A stretch of DNA of 64,000 bases, taken from Sphingomonas sp. GTDB lineage: Bacteria > Pseudomonadota > Alphaproteobacteria > Sphingomonadales > Sphingomonadaceae. A program made the translations under genes and the position numbers. Positions within the stretch are counted from its first letter, which is position 1. Each line of letters opens with the position of its first letter. The notes under the pieces were generated by a model, which worked only from the letters and a program-made list of their open reading frames with translations, did not search any database and was not told where the DNA came from. Positions 54,788-63,827 of the stretch are shown here, in pieces. The stretch spans positions 8,646 to 72,645 of the forward strand of contig NZ_CAXVWL010000124.1 in the NCBI RefSeq assembly GCF_964263785.1, in the 5' to 3' direction.

Positions 54788-55693
54788 TCAGCCCGGGCTT
54801 GCCGGTGCACGCCCGCCGGCAAGTGCGGGCAGCGTCGCGCCAAGCGTTCGCGTCCGAGTCCAGCCCGGCAGGCGCTCTGTGTCGGCGGGAAGGTACGGCA
54901 TCATCACCTCCCGTGTGCGATACGGCCGGCCGCCGAATTGCGTCACCACGGACCGCCCGAGCACGGTGCCGGCGAGCGCCGCCAACTCGCGCACCGTCAT
55001 CCGTTCGCCCGAGACGAACGCCGTGTCGCACAACGGCCTCGGCGTCTCCATGAGCCGCTCGGCAGCGACGGCAAAGGCGTCGACCACGTCGTCGACATGC
55101 GTCAGGTCGACGGTCTGCTCGCCCGGCGACATCGCCAGCGTCTCGCCAGACACGGCGGCATCGGCCAGCAATTGTACCAGCTTGCGCCGCGTGTCGCCCA
55201 CGCCGTAGGTATCGAACAGCTTCAGCGTGATCACCGACAGCCCGCGTGCATCCGCATAGAATTGGAGCAGATCGTCCGCCGCCTGCTTGGTCGCCGCATA
55301 CAGGTTGACCGGGCGATACGGCACGCCGCCGTAATGCTGCCAGGCGGTGCCGGTGTTGACCAGCCGCGGCGAACGCGATCCGGCCACCGCTTCGCCGATC
55401 TGCGCCGCCAGCAGGATGTTCGAGGCGACGAGCGGCTCGACCTCGTCCGCCTTGTGATCGGCGAGATAGAGCGATGCCAGATGGAAGACCACGTCGGCAT
55501 CGGCTGCGGCGACCGCAGCCGCAACGCTGCGCGTGCTGCCGTCGTAGCGGTGAACGACCAGCTCTGGCGCGAGCTTCGCAACCCCGGCCTCGCGGGCGAG
55601 CGCATGCACCGTCCAACCGTCGGCACGCAGCCGCTCTGCCAGGCGGCCGCCGATGAAGCCCCCGGCTCCGGTGATCAGCGCGCGGCGGCTCAT
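54788..55693 (-). CDS. NAD(P)-dependent SDR epimerase/reductase (candidate CDP-4-ketohexose 4-reductase)
   Basis: 301 aa with the Rossmann motif ALITGAGGFIGGRL and the catalytic YAATK. It has an ATGA overlap with the upstream epimerase gene. Confidence 0.75.
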   Translation of the reverse strand: MSRRALITGAGGFIGGRLAERLRADGWTVHALAREAGVAKLAPELVVHRYDGSTRSVAAAVAAADADVVFHLASLYLADHKADEVEPLVASNILLAAQIGEAVAGSRSPRLVNTGTAWQHYGGVPYRPVNLYAATKQAADDLLQFYADARGLSVITLKLFDTYGVGDTRRKLVQLLADAAVSGETLAMSPGEQTVDLTHVDDVVDAFAVAAERLMETPRPLCDTAFVSGERMTVRELAALAGTVLGRSVVTQFGGRPYRTREVMMPYLPADTERLPGWTRTRTLGATLPALAGGRAPASPG

Positions 55694-56253
55694 CGCGCGG
55701 GCGCTGCTGGGTCGAAGGTGAAGGGCGTGTCGAAATCAACCATTCGCGGATGGTGGCGATCGCGCTCCGATAAATTGGCGTGTGCGACTCCCCAGTCGAA
55801 CCCCAGCGAATCCCAGGCGATGCCGCAATCGTTCTCCGGCGAATGCACGCTGGTCACCTTGTAGAGCATCAGGCTGTCGTCGCTCAGCGACACGAAGCCA
55901 TGCGCGCAGCCCGAGGGCACGTACAGCGCGATGCCATTCGCCTCGCTGAGTTCGATCGCGCTCACCTGCTCGAAGGCCGGCGACCCGCGCCGTAGGTCGA
56001 CGACGACGTCGAGCACCGCTCCGGCGAGGCACACGACCAGCTTCGCGTGGTCGGCAGGCGGGGTCTGGAAGTGCATGCCGCGCACAACGTCGCGGCGCGA
56101 GCGCGAGTGGAACTCCTCGCGCCAATCGATGCGCAGCCCGGCCTGGGCGAACGCATCCGCCTGAAACAGCTTGGCGAACCGGCCGCGATCGTCGGCCATG
56201 ATCCGCTGGCGCACGATGGTGCAGCCGGGGATCGTGGTCTCCTTGAACGTCAT
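55690..56253 (-). CDS. RmlC-like cupin sugar-nucleotide 3,5- or 5-epimerase
   Basis: 187 aa from ATG 56253. Contains DDRGRFAKLF...VRGMHFQTPP..AKLVVCLAGAVLDVVVDLRRGSP...GCAHGF...YKV, the dTDP-4-dehydrorhamnose 3,5-epimerase pattern. It has an ATGA overlap with rfbG. Confidence 0.8.
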   Translation of the reverse strand: MTFKETTIPGCTIVRQRIMADDRGRFAKLFQADAFAQAGLRIDWREEFHSRSRRDVVRGMHFQTPPADHAKLVVCLAGAVLDVVVDLRRGSPAFEQVSAIELSEANGIALYVPSGCAHGFVSLSDDSLMLYKVTSVHSPENDCGIAWDSLGFDWGVAHANLSERDRHHPRMVDFDTPFTFDPAAPAR

Positions 56254-57323
56254 GCCGCGGCTGCCACCGCGTCTGGCGCATAGGCGGCGATGTCGGCGAG
56301 GCAATGCGCGCGCATGTCCGCACCCGCGAGCCATTGCTCCTGCCAGCGCACGATGGTCGCCAGCGCGTGCTCCAGCGACCAGCGCGGGCGCCAGCGCAGC
56401 TGCTCGGCCGCTTTGGAGATATCGAGCTTCAGATAGCGGGCTTCGTGCGGCTGGAATCCTGCGTCGCGCTCCCAGGCGCGCGCGCCCGGCCAGCTCGCGA
56501 TCATGTGGTCGACGATCCACTCGACCGGCCGCGCATCCTCGTCGCGCGGACCGAAGTTCCAGCCGCCCGCAAACGCCTGGCCCTGTTCGTATAGCCGCTC
56601 GGCCAGCACCAGATAGCCCGACAGCGGCTCGAACACATGCTGCCAGGGCCGGGTCGACAGCGGATTGCGGATGCGTACCGCCTCGTCCGCCGCCAGCGCA
56701 CGCAGGATGTCCGGCACCAGCCGGTCCTCCGACCAGTCGCCCCCGCCGATGACGTTGCCGGCGCGCGCGGTCGCCAGCGCGGTGTCGCCATCGGCGAAGA
56801 ACGACCGCCGGTACGCCGCGGAGACCAGCTCGGCGCACCCCTTGCTGCTGCTGTACGGATCGTGGCCACCCATCGCCTCGTCCTCGCGGTAGCCCCACGG
56901 CCATTCGCGATTCTCGTAGCATTTGTCGGTGGTGACCGAGACGACCGCACGCACGCCCCTCGTGGCGCGCACCGCCTCCAGCACGTTGACCGTACCCATG
57001 ACGTTGGTCGCGTAGGTACCCACCGGATCGCGGTACGACAGCCGCACCAGCGGCTGCGCGGCCATGTGGAGGACGATCTCGGGCGCGAAGGCGGTCATCG
57101 ACGCGGTGACCGCGGGCAGATCGCGGATGTCGCCGATCTCCGATTCCATGCCTTCCGCCACCCGCGCGACGCCGAACAGGTCGGGCGCGGTATCGGGCGC
57201 AAGCGCGAAGCCCTTCACCTCGGCACCCATCGCCTGCAGCCAGAGCGACAGCCAGCTGCCCTTGAACCCGGTATGCCCGGTCAGGAACACCCGCTTGCCC
57301 CGCCAGAACGTGGCGTCCGGCAT
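56250..57323 (-). CDS. rfbG: CDP-glucose 4,6-dehydratase
   Basis: 357 aa from ATG 57323 (TGATG overlap with rfbF). It starts [29 protein letters not shown] and contains YSSSK. Confidence 0.88.
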   Translation of the reverse strand: MPDATFWRGKRVFLTGHTGFKGSWLSLWLQAMGAEVKGFALAPDTAPDLFGVARVAEGMESEIGDIRDLPAVTASMTAFAPEIVLHMAAQPLVRLSYRDPVGTYATNVMGTVNVLEAVRATRGVRAVVSVTTDKCYENREWPWGYREDEAMGGHDPYSSSKGCAELVSAAYRRSFFADGDTALATARAGNVIGGGDWSEDRLVPDILRALAADEAVRIRNPLSTRPWQHVFEPLSGYLVLAERLYEQGQAFAGGWNFGPRDEDARPVEWIVDHMIASWPGARAWERDAGFQPHEARYLKLDISKAAEQLRWRPRWSLEHALATIVRWQEQWLAGADMRAHCLADIAAYAPDAVAAAA

Positions 57324-58096
57324 CAGCCCCAGACCCGCCACGGCGCATCGCCCGCCGCCCAGAGCGACTCCAGATGCTGCTTGTCGCGCAGCGTGTCCAT
57401 CGGCTGCCAGAAGCCGCGGTGGCGGTACGCCATCAGCTCGCCATCGGCGGCCAAGCCGCGCAACGGCTCCTGCTCCCAGATCGACGCATCGCCGTCGATC
57501 CGGTCGAACACCTTGGGCGACAGCACGAAATAGCCCGCGTTTATCGCCGATCCGTCGCCTTCGGGCTTTTCCATGAAGCTCGCGACGCTGTCACCCTCCA
57601 TGTCGAGCGCCCCGAAGCGTCCCGGCGGCACCGCCGCGGTCAGTGTCGCCTGCTTGCCGTGCGCCCGGTGAAAGGCGATCAGCGCGCCCACGTCGACATC
57701 GGCGACACCGTCGCCATAGGTCATACAGAACGCCTCTTCGTCACGAAGATGCTCGGCGACACGCAGCAACCGGCCGCCGGTCATCGACGCGTCGCCGGTG
57801 TCGATCAGCGTGACGTTCCACGGCTCGGCGCGACGCTGATGCACCTCCATCTTGTTCTCGGCCATGCGAAAGGTGACGTCGGACATGTGCAGGAAATAGT
57901 TCGCGAAATACTCCTTGATCACATAGCCCTTGTAGCCACAGCAGATGATGAAATCGTGGACGCCGTGCGCCGCGTAGATCTTCATGATGTGCCACAGAAT
58001 CGGCTTGCCGCCGATCTCGATCATCGGCTTGGGGCGCAGCGAGGTTTCCTCGCTGAAGCGCGTGCCCAGACCACCTGCGAGGATCACTGCCTTCAT
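57323..58096 (-). CDS. rfbF: Glucose-1-phosphate cytidylyltransferase
   Basis: 257 aa starting [64 protein letters not shown]. Confidence 0.9.
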   Translation of the reverse strand: MKAVILAGGLGTRFSEETSLRPKPMIEIGGKPILWHIMKIYAAHGVHDFIICCGYKGYVIKEYFANYFLHMSDVTFRMAENKMEVHQRRAEPWNVTLIDTGDASMTGGRLLRVAEHLRDEEAFCMTYGDGVADVDVGALIAFHRAHGKQATLTAAVPPGRFGALDMEGDSVASFMEKPEGDGSAINAGYFVLSPKVFDRIDGDASIWEQEPLRGLAADGELMAYRHRGFWQPMDTLRDKQHLESLWAAGDAPWRVWG

Positions 58097-58336
58097 ATCG
58101 TGCTGCCGAACCTTCTGCGTGTCGCCGCACTCCGGAATAACGGAACGAGCGAACGCACGCGCATGGACTGCCGCGGCGAAGGTGCGGCGCGCGCTTCATA
58201 TGCAGGCGCGGGCGTCCTGCCAACCCTCCGCGGCGCGGGCGCGGCGGACGCACAGCGCCATTGTGCAACGACTTAGCGGTTGATTCCCGCAGCTTGGCCA
58301 TGCAGGCGACGGCTCTTTCCCATCACCACGGCGCTC

Positions 58337-59200
58337 ATGGCTATCACCCAAACCCCCATCCGTGCGCGCGACGGCGCGTGCTCGGCACGATTGCTCGAAG
58401 ATGACGAGCGCGATACCGACGCGCCGTTGCTGGTGTGCATCCACGGGGGCGGCTGCAACGCGCGCTATTTCGAGATGATGCGTCCCTCTTTGGCCGATGC
58501 AGCGCTCGCGCGCGGCTTTGCGGTGCTGCTCGTCGACAGGCCGGGGCACGGCGGCAACCCGGCGCCGGCTTCGGACCAGCCGGTCGCGGACTCGGTCGCG
58601 CACATCCGCGATCTTGTCGCCGACGTATTGGCCAAGCACCAGCCCGGCACAAGCAATGCCGCGCTGGTCGGCCATTCGATCGGCGGCGCGGTGGCGCTGA
58701 TGCTCGCCGCAGACCCGCGCGGGCTGCCGTGGCGCGCGGTCGCGGTGTCGGGGATCGGCGACGAGCCCCCCGCCGCCACCCGCGCCTGGGCCGCCGGTGC
58801 GACGACGGGAGCGAATCCGGGCGAGACCGAGCCGGTGGCGGACATGTTCTTCGGCCCCCCTGGCACCTACGACTGGCGCGGCCCCGCGGCGTTGCGCCGG
58901 GTCGCCGAGCCGTGGAACCTGGCCGAAGTGCTGGAGATCGTGTCGCGGTGGCCAAAGCGCTGGCCCGACGTCGCAGCCGCGATCCGCCTGCCCGTCCACC
59001 TACGCCTCGCCGACCACGACGGTATCTGGCACACCGGATTGCATGTGGTGGAACGGATGGCGGCGCGGCTCACCGCCTCGTCGCTGGTCGACGCCGCGCT
59101 GCTGCCCGACGGCGGCCACGTGTACGACATCCATCGCCGCGGCCCCGAGCTGATCGCCGCGCAGATCGACTTCGTGGCGGGTCAGATCGCCGGCGGGTAG
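58337..59200 (+). CDS. Alpha/beta-hydrolase fold protein
   Basis: 287 aa from ATG 58337. It has the nucleophile elbow GHSIGG, an HGGG-type oxyanion region (IHGGGCNARYF), and a C-terminal His (DGGHVYD). Confidence 0.7.
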   Translation: MAITQTPIRARDGACSARLLEDDERDTDAPLLVCIHGGGCNARYFEMMRPSLADAALARGFAVLLVDRPGHGGNPAPASDQPVADSVAHIRDLVADVLAKHQPGTSNAALVGHSIGGAVALMLAADPRGLPWRAVAVSGIGDEPPAATRAWAAGATTGANPGETEPVADMFFGPPGTYDWRGPAALRRVAEPWNLAEVLEIVSRWPKRWPDVAAAIRLPVHLRLADHDGIWHTGLHVVERMAARLTASSLVDAALLPDGGHVYDIHRRGPELIAAQIDFVAGQIAGG

Positions 59201-60054
59201 TCCATCTCCTGCCGCAGCATCGCGTCGGCGTGCGGCGACACGTCGCCCGATCGCACGACGCGCTGCCCCCGCCGGTGCCGCCAGATGACCGCGATCGCAG
59301 CCAGGGTCAGCGCCGCATAGCACAGGCACAGCAGCCGCGCCGATTCGAACGCGGTCGTCGGCGGCGCCCAGACGATGACGGGCAGCCCGACCGCCAACGA
59401 CACCAGATTGACCCCGAACCAGGTGCCGGTGCCGCGGATCGCCATCACGTAGGAGCCGAGCAGGTTCACCGCGCCGCCGAATGCTGCGGCGACCAGGATG
59501 GTGAAGACGAACAGCCGCGGAAAGTCGTACTGCGGCCCGTACACGTGCGTGAGCAACGGTTGACAGATTGCACCGGCCATCGCGCACGCAAGCACGACCG
59601 CGAAGGTAAACCCGGCGGGCTTGACGATCGCTCCGAGCCGCAACGCGCCGGTGTGCGCCTGCCGGACGAAACGCGGAAACAGCACTTGCCCGAACGCCAG
59701 CGGGATGAACAGCACCAGCGCGAACCACTGCATGCCGAGCCCGAACTGATTGAATTGGTCCGGCGACACCTGATGCTCGACAAGCGCGCGCGCCGCCAGC
59801 CAGTTCATTGTCGCGTAGATCGCAGTCACGCCCAGACCGGGCAGCCCGATCGCGAGCACCGCTTTTATCGCTCCCCAGCGCGGGACCCGACGCACCGAAG
59901 CCCAGCCGATCACGCCGTTGCGCGACAGATGGCGGACATAGGCGATCGCCGGGATCAGCATCGACGCAATATTCGCGGCGATCAGGAGCGCCAGGCTGTG
60001 CACCACCAGGCTGAGCGCCACCGCCGCGACCAACAGCAGGCTACCCGCCAGCAC
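59182..60054 (-). CDS. 5'-truncated Wzx-like (MOP-family) flippase paralogue; probable gene remnant
   Basis: 290-aa ORF with a GTG start. It aligns with only the C-terminal two-thirds of the full-length wzx at 61262..62572 (for example QFNQFGLGMQWFALVLFIPLAFGQVLFPRF against QFNMFSVGMQWFALVLFIPLALGQAVFPRY). The similarity continues in frame upstream to about 60110, with no start codon there. Confidence 0.6.
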   Translation of the reverse strand: MLAGSLLLVAAVALSLVVHSLALLIAANIASMLIPAIAYVRHLSRNGVIGWASVRRVPRWGAIKAVLAIGLPGLGVTAIYATMNWLAARALVEHQVSPDQFNQFGLGMQWFALVLFIPLAFGQVLFPRFVRQAHTGALRLGAIVKPAGFTFAVVLACAMAGAICQPLLTHVYGPQYDFPRLFVFTILVAAAFGGAVNLLGSYVMAIRGTGTWFGVNLVSLAVGLPVIVWAPPTTAFESARLLCLCYAALTLAAIAVIWRHRRGQRVVRSGDVSPHADAMLRQEMDYPPAI

Positions 60055-60143
60055 CGGCCGAAACGCCTCGCGAAAGCCGCCATTGGCATAGATGGCGGCT
60101 TGCGTCAGCCGCGGGACAATGCGTCCGTCCGCTCCCGGCTGCT

Positions 60144-61265
60144 TCAGCTGGACCGCGCCAACTCCGCCCCAATAATGTCCAGGTAGCTCTCCGTGCGGTT
60201 GCTGGAGTCGAGAACGCGACGGTAAGCCTGCGATACGCCAGCCGCACGGCTCCAGGCGGCAGGTATGCCATCTTCGAAGTCCAAAAGTGAATCAACGATG
60301 CTTCCCGGATTGGCGGGATCGAACCATCCCTGCGCTTTAGCCGATGCGCGCACGAAGTCCCGGTCCGATGCTATTAGCGGGACGCCCAACACGTTTGCCT
60401 CGAGCGGCGTCGCGGAGCTCGCTTCGAGAAGGGAGGGAAAGAACACCCCGTCGACTGTCGTGTAGATTTGCGCCAGGCCGCCGGGCGTCACTTCGCCGTG
60501 GTTGTGCATCGAACGCCGCGACTCAGGCGACAGCGCCTGCCATTCGTCGGCGCGCAAGGTGGTATGGACGACCAACCGCCTCCCGCTACGCGCTGCATAG
60601 AGATCGCCGGTTGGACCGATGATATCCAGGTTTTTGTGCGGGTAAGCGCGCGTTGGATAAAGCAGGTGCAGCTCGCCGGGAGCTACCCTCGCTGACCGAG
60701 CTGGCACCTTCGCAGCGCGAATCACCGGATGCGGACGGTTCGGCACCACTCTGATCCTCGACGGGGCTATCCCGTAACGCGCGGTCAGCCTCGCAGCGAT
60801 GGCGTCGGTTTCGATGACATAGATGTCCGAGCGACCGACCAGGCGTCGCTTGATGGCGACACCGATCCGTTCGCGCAGCGGTCGCGCGCGATGCGCCTGC
60901 CCATATTCCACCGGATCGTACACCAGCGTCACTTCCGCAAAGCCCGCGATCTCGCGGCGAGCGAGACGGCCGGTGTAAGTCGGTCCGAACAGGGTGAACC
61001 GCACGTCGAACGCGTCCCGCGATGGCTTAAGCGGTGCGAGCACGGTCGGTCTGGTTTCGACCACTTCCACAACGCCAGGCAGCGTGGCGGTGTCGATCGA
61101 CAGATGGCCGCGAACGGCGGGCGATATCCTGATGGCCGTTCGGTCGATCAGCCATGGATAACGTTCGCGCAAAGCCGGTGCAGACAGTTCCTGCAGTGTT
61201 GCGGAGGCGACCTGCACGCCACCTCCGACCCGCAGGTTGGAGAAATCGAGTAGAACCCGCTTCAT
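60144..61265 (-). CDS. Glycosyltransferase, GT-B fold (GT1/GT4-like)
   Basis: 373 aa. The C-terminal region FFPSLLEASSATPLEANVLGVPLIASD has the E-x7-E-type motif. It has an ATGA overlap with the wzx stop. Confidence 0.78.
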   Translation of the reverse strand: MKRVLLDFSNLRVGGGVQVASATLQELSAPALRERYPWLIDRTAIRISPAVRGHLSIDTATLPGVVEVVETRPTVLAPLKPSRDAFDVRFTLFGPTYTGRLARREIAGFAEVTLVYDPVEYGQAHRARPLRERIGVAIKRRLVGRSDIYVIETDAIAARLTARYGIAPSRIRVVPNRPHPVIRAAKVPARSARVAPGELHLLYPTRAYPHKNLDIIGPTGDLYAARSGRRLVVHTTLRADEWQALSPESRRSMHNHGEVTPGGLAQIYTTVDGVFFPSLLEASSATPLEANVLGVPLIASDRDFVRASAKAQGWFDPANPGSIVDSLLDFEDGIPAAWSRAAGVSQAYRRVLDSSNRTESYLDIIGAELARSS

Positions 61266-62572
61266 GGAGCGGCAGGCGTGGTCGTCCGCCCCCCCGTCCG
61301 TGCGGTGTATACGGCGATCGGTATCGCCAGCGCCAACAGACTACCGTAGGCAATGCCCACCACGAGAACCGCGGCGAGTGCGGTGGCGGGTGGCGCAACG
61401 TGCAAGCACGCGATGCAGATCGACAGTGCGATCAGGCTTGCTGCCATCCACGTTCCCGCGCCACGGCTGGCGATCACGAAATGCGAAAGCAGCGTCTGGG
61501 CACCGGCGACCGCCGCGGCCAGAATCACGCAGACGACGAACACCGGCGAGAACGGGTATTTGTTGCCGTAGAGCAGGATCAGCAGTGGCGTGAACAGCGC
61601 CGCAAAGGGCGCCATGACCAGCAGCATGGCGACGGTAGAGGCCACAGGCTGGATGATCATTCGCGCTGGCGTGGACTGCTGGTGCGCCATGCGGATGTAT
61701 CGCGGAAAGACCGCCTGCCCCAAAGCCAAGGGGATGAAGAGTACGAGCGCGAACCACTGCATCCCGACGGAGAACATGTTGAACTGCTCAGCAGATGATT
61801 GATGCGAAAGCAGACTGCTGGCGATCATCCAGGTCATCGACGTGAAGATCACACCGATACCGATGCCGGGCACCGCGGTCCGCAATACGTCGTGAAACGC
61901 CTCAGATGAGGGCAGCCTTAGGCTGGGCCGCGGCACCGTGTCATAGGCGGACAGCGCCCGTGCCGAGCCGATGGCGGCGACCAGCGGCGAGGCGAGCGCG
62001 CCGACGATCAGAAAGTGCACGTCCGATCGCGCAATTGCCAGCGCCGCCCCGAGCGCCAGCAGCGCAGAACCCGACAGGATCGGCAGCAGCGCGCGACGGA
62101 AGCCCCGCACAGCGTAGAGCGAGGACTGCCCGAGCACCGACCAGGCGCTGAGCGCGCCACCGGCCACCACCCACCACGCGTTGAGCGACACCGCCGACGG
62201 CATCAGTACGGGTATGTAAAGCGGTTTGAGAACCACCGCACCGACCGTTGCTGCGGCGGCCAGATAGAGCACCACCGACAATCGCTCGCGATCGCCGTCG
62301 GTCGTGTCGCCGCGCGCCAGCAGCTTGGCGGCTGCGAGCGGTAGGCCGAGGCCGAGATAGCTCGCCAATACCGTCGTCGTCAGCAGGAACACGTTATAGG
62401 TAGAGAAAGCTTGCACGCTCAGGAACTGCGCCATCAGCATGCTGATCACATGCAGCGCACCCTTCGACCAGAGCTGTGCGGTGATGATGAACGCGGTGTC
62501 CTGAACGATTGGCCGGCGGCCGGTTCGCCCGGCAGCCGTCCAGACAGACTTCAGCCGGCTGGTTCGCGCCAT
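61262..62572 (-). CDS. wzx: Wzx-like polysaccharide/O-unit flippase (MOP superfamily)
   Basis: 436 aa from ATG 62572 (the track start at 62602 overlaps wzy). It has about 12 hydrophobic segments and a basic N-terminus followed by AFIITAQLWSKGALHVISMLMAQFL. Confidence 0.78.
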   Translation of the reverse strand: MARTSRLKSVWTAAGRTGRRPIVQDTAFIITAQLWSKGALHVISMLMAQFLSVQAFSTYNVFLLTTTVLASYLGLGLPLAAAKLLARGDTTDGDRERLSVVLYLAAAATVGAVVLKPLYIPVLMPSAVSLNAWWVVAGGALSAWSVLGQSSLYAVRGFRRALLPILSGSALLALGAALAIARSDVHFLIVGALASPLVAAIGSARALSAYDTVPRPSLRLPSSEAFHDVLRTAVPGIGIGVIFTSMTWMIASSLLSHQSSAEQFNMFSVGMQWFALVLFIPLALGQAVFPRYIRMAHQQSTPARMIIQPVASTVAMLLVMAPFAALFTPLLILLYGNKYPFSPVFVVCVILAAAVAGAQTLLSHFVIASRGAGTWMAASLIALSICIACLHVAPPATALAAVLVVGIAYGSLLALAIPIAVYTARTGGRTTTPAAP

Positions 62573-62576
62573 GATC

Positions 62577-63827
62577 TCAGCGTGCGCCAAGAGCCGGACC
62601 ATGCAACGGTCCGGCGGCGAGGCGTGGCGCCTCGGTCCACTTGCCGACCCGGTTCAGGATCAGAATGTAGACGACCATCGGCGCGACGCTGAACCAGACT
62701 CGTGAGCCAAAATCCGCCATGCCGCCCCAGAAGAGTGTAACCAGCCAAGCGTTGAACATGATGCCGGGCGATCCGTACGGCGCGCTCGCCCATTTTACCG
62801 CCCGGCTGAGACCGGTAACGACCAGCACGAGCACGAACGCAGATACGAGCCACCATCCTCCTGCCAAAAAGATGTGCTCGCCAAAGAAGCCGATCGCGGT
62901 GGAATGCTCTTCGCCCAGACCGGCCCGGCCCATGAACACGTCGACAAAGGTATAATTGATGCCCACCGGCTTGTCGGGCCAGAGGCTCCGCGGGAACCAC
63001 TGGATGACGAGCAGCGACCATTGATGCCAGATCGGCTCATGATAGTTGACCGTGCCCGCGCCTTGCCAAAGCCCCTGCGTCAGGGTCAGCGGCGACGCGC
63101 CCGAGTCGTCCGCCAGCCCCGCTACGCCGTCGCTCCAGCCAAAACGCATCACCCGTCCGATAAACACCAACGCTCCCGCGCCGATCGAAAAGGCGAAGAC
63201 GTTGAGCTTGAATGTCCGGTAATGGACGCTGACCAGAATCGGCGCCAGTGCGAACGAGGCGAGGATCAACCGGCCGTAGCCGCTCCAGAACAGCAACGAA
63301 TAGGCCATGATCGCCGCGAGGATGACCGCTAGAGCGATCAGCCGCCGCGGCCTCGATGGGGTGGAGGCGTGCAGCCGCTCGAGGTGGACGACGCTCATCG
63401 CGTAGGTGGCATGGAAAATCTGTTCAATGCCGCCGAAGGCTTGCGAAGCGAGGCCGACCGACAGCAACACCACGATCAGCACGAACTCGTAACGCCGCGG
63501 CTCCGACGAGGTTGCCAGAAACCTGTCCGCCGGGAGCCACGCGAGCAGAAGCATCGCCAAAAGGATGTACAAGGCAAGCCAGGCGGGACTGACCCCCAGA
63601 TTCACATACATCAGTGCGTATAAGGGAACGACGAAGAGAGTCACCGCGCTGAACAGCACGATCGCGCCCAGACTCGTAGAGCCGTACGGGTAGAATGCGA
63701 AGAGCATGACGCCCGTCAACACCAACAACGTGAAATCGTTGTTCCCGAAATCCAGATAAAGGTTGGCGCAGAAGATCAAGACGCACAAAAGGGGGATCAG
63801 GAGATTGCGCACAAACTGTGTTAGCAT
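62577..63827 (-). CDS. Wzy-like polysaccharide repeat-unit polymerase (polytopic membrane protein)
   Basis: 416 aa from ATG 63827 (MLTQFVRNLLIPLLCVLIF...). It has many TM segments and one large loop, and it is the least GC-rich gene in the locus. It lies next to wzx. The assignment rests on topology and context, not on a motif. Confidence 0.62.
   Translation of the reverse strand: MLTQFVRNLLIPLLCVLIFCANLYLDFGNNDFTLLVLTGVMLFAFYPYGSTSLGAIVLFSAVTLFVVPLYALMYVNLGVSPAWLALYILLAMLLLAWLPADRFLATSSEPRRYEFVLIVVLLSVGLASQAFGGIEQIFHATYAMSVVHLERLHASTPSRPRRLIALAVILAAIMAYSLLFWSGYGRLILASFALAPILVSVHYRTFKLNVFAFSIGAGALVFIGRVMRFGWSDGVAGLADDSGASPLTLTQGLWQGAGTVNYHEPIWHQWSLLVIQWFPRSLWPDKPVGINYTFVDVFMGRAGLGEEHSTAIGFFGEHIFLAGGWWLVSAFVLVLVVTGLSRAVKWASAPYGSPGIMFNAWLVTLFWGGMADFGSRVWFSVAPMVVYILILNRVGKWTEAPRLAAGPLHGPALGAR

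Noticed and set aside
53628-57348. 703-aa (53628..55739) and 552-aa (55690..57348) minus-strand ORFs implying fused GT2-reductase and epimerase-dehydratase proteins
   Set aside because: Their N-terminal halves are out-of-frame readings over the SDR reductase and rfbG genes. Internal ATGs at 54713 and 56253, with start/stop coupling, give proteins of normal length and motif content.
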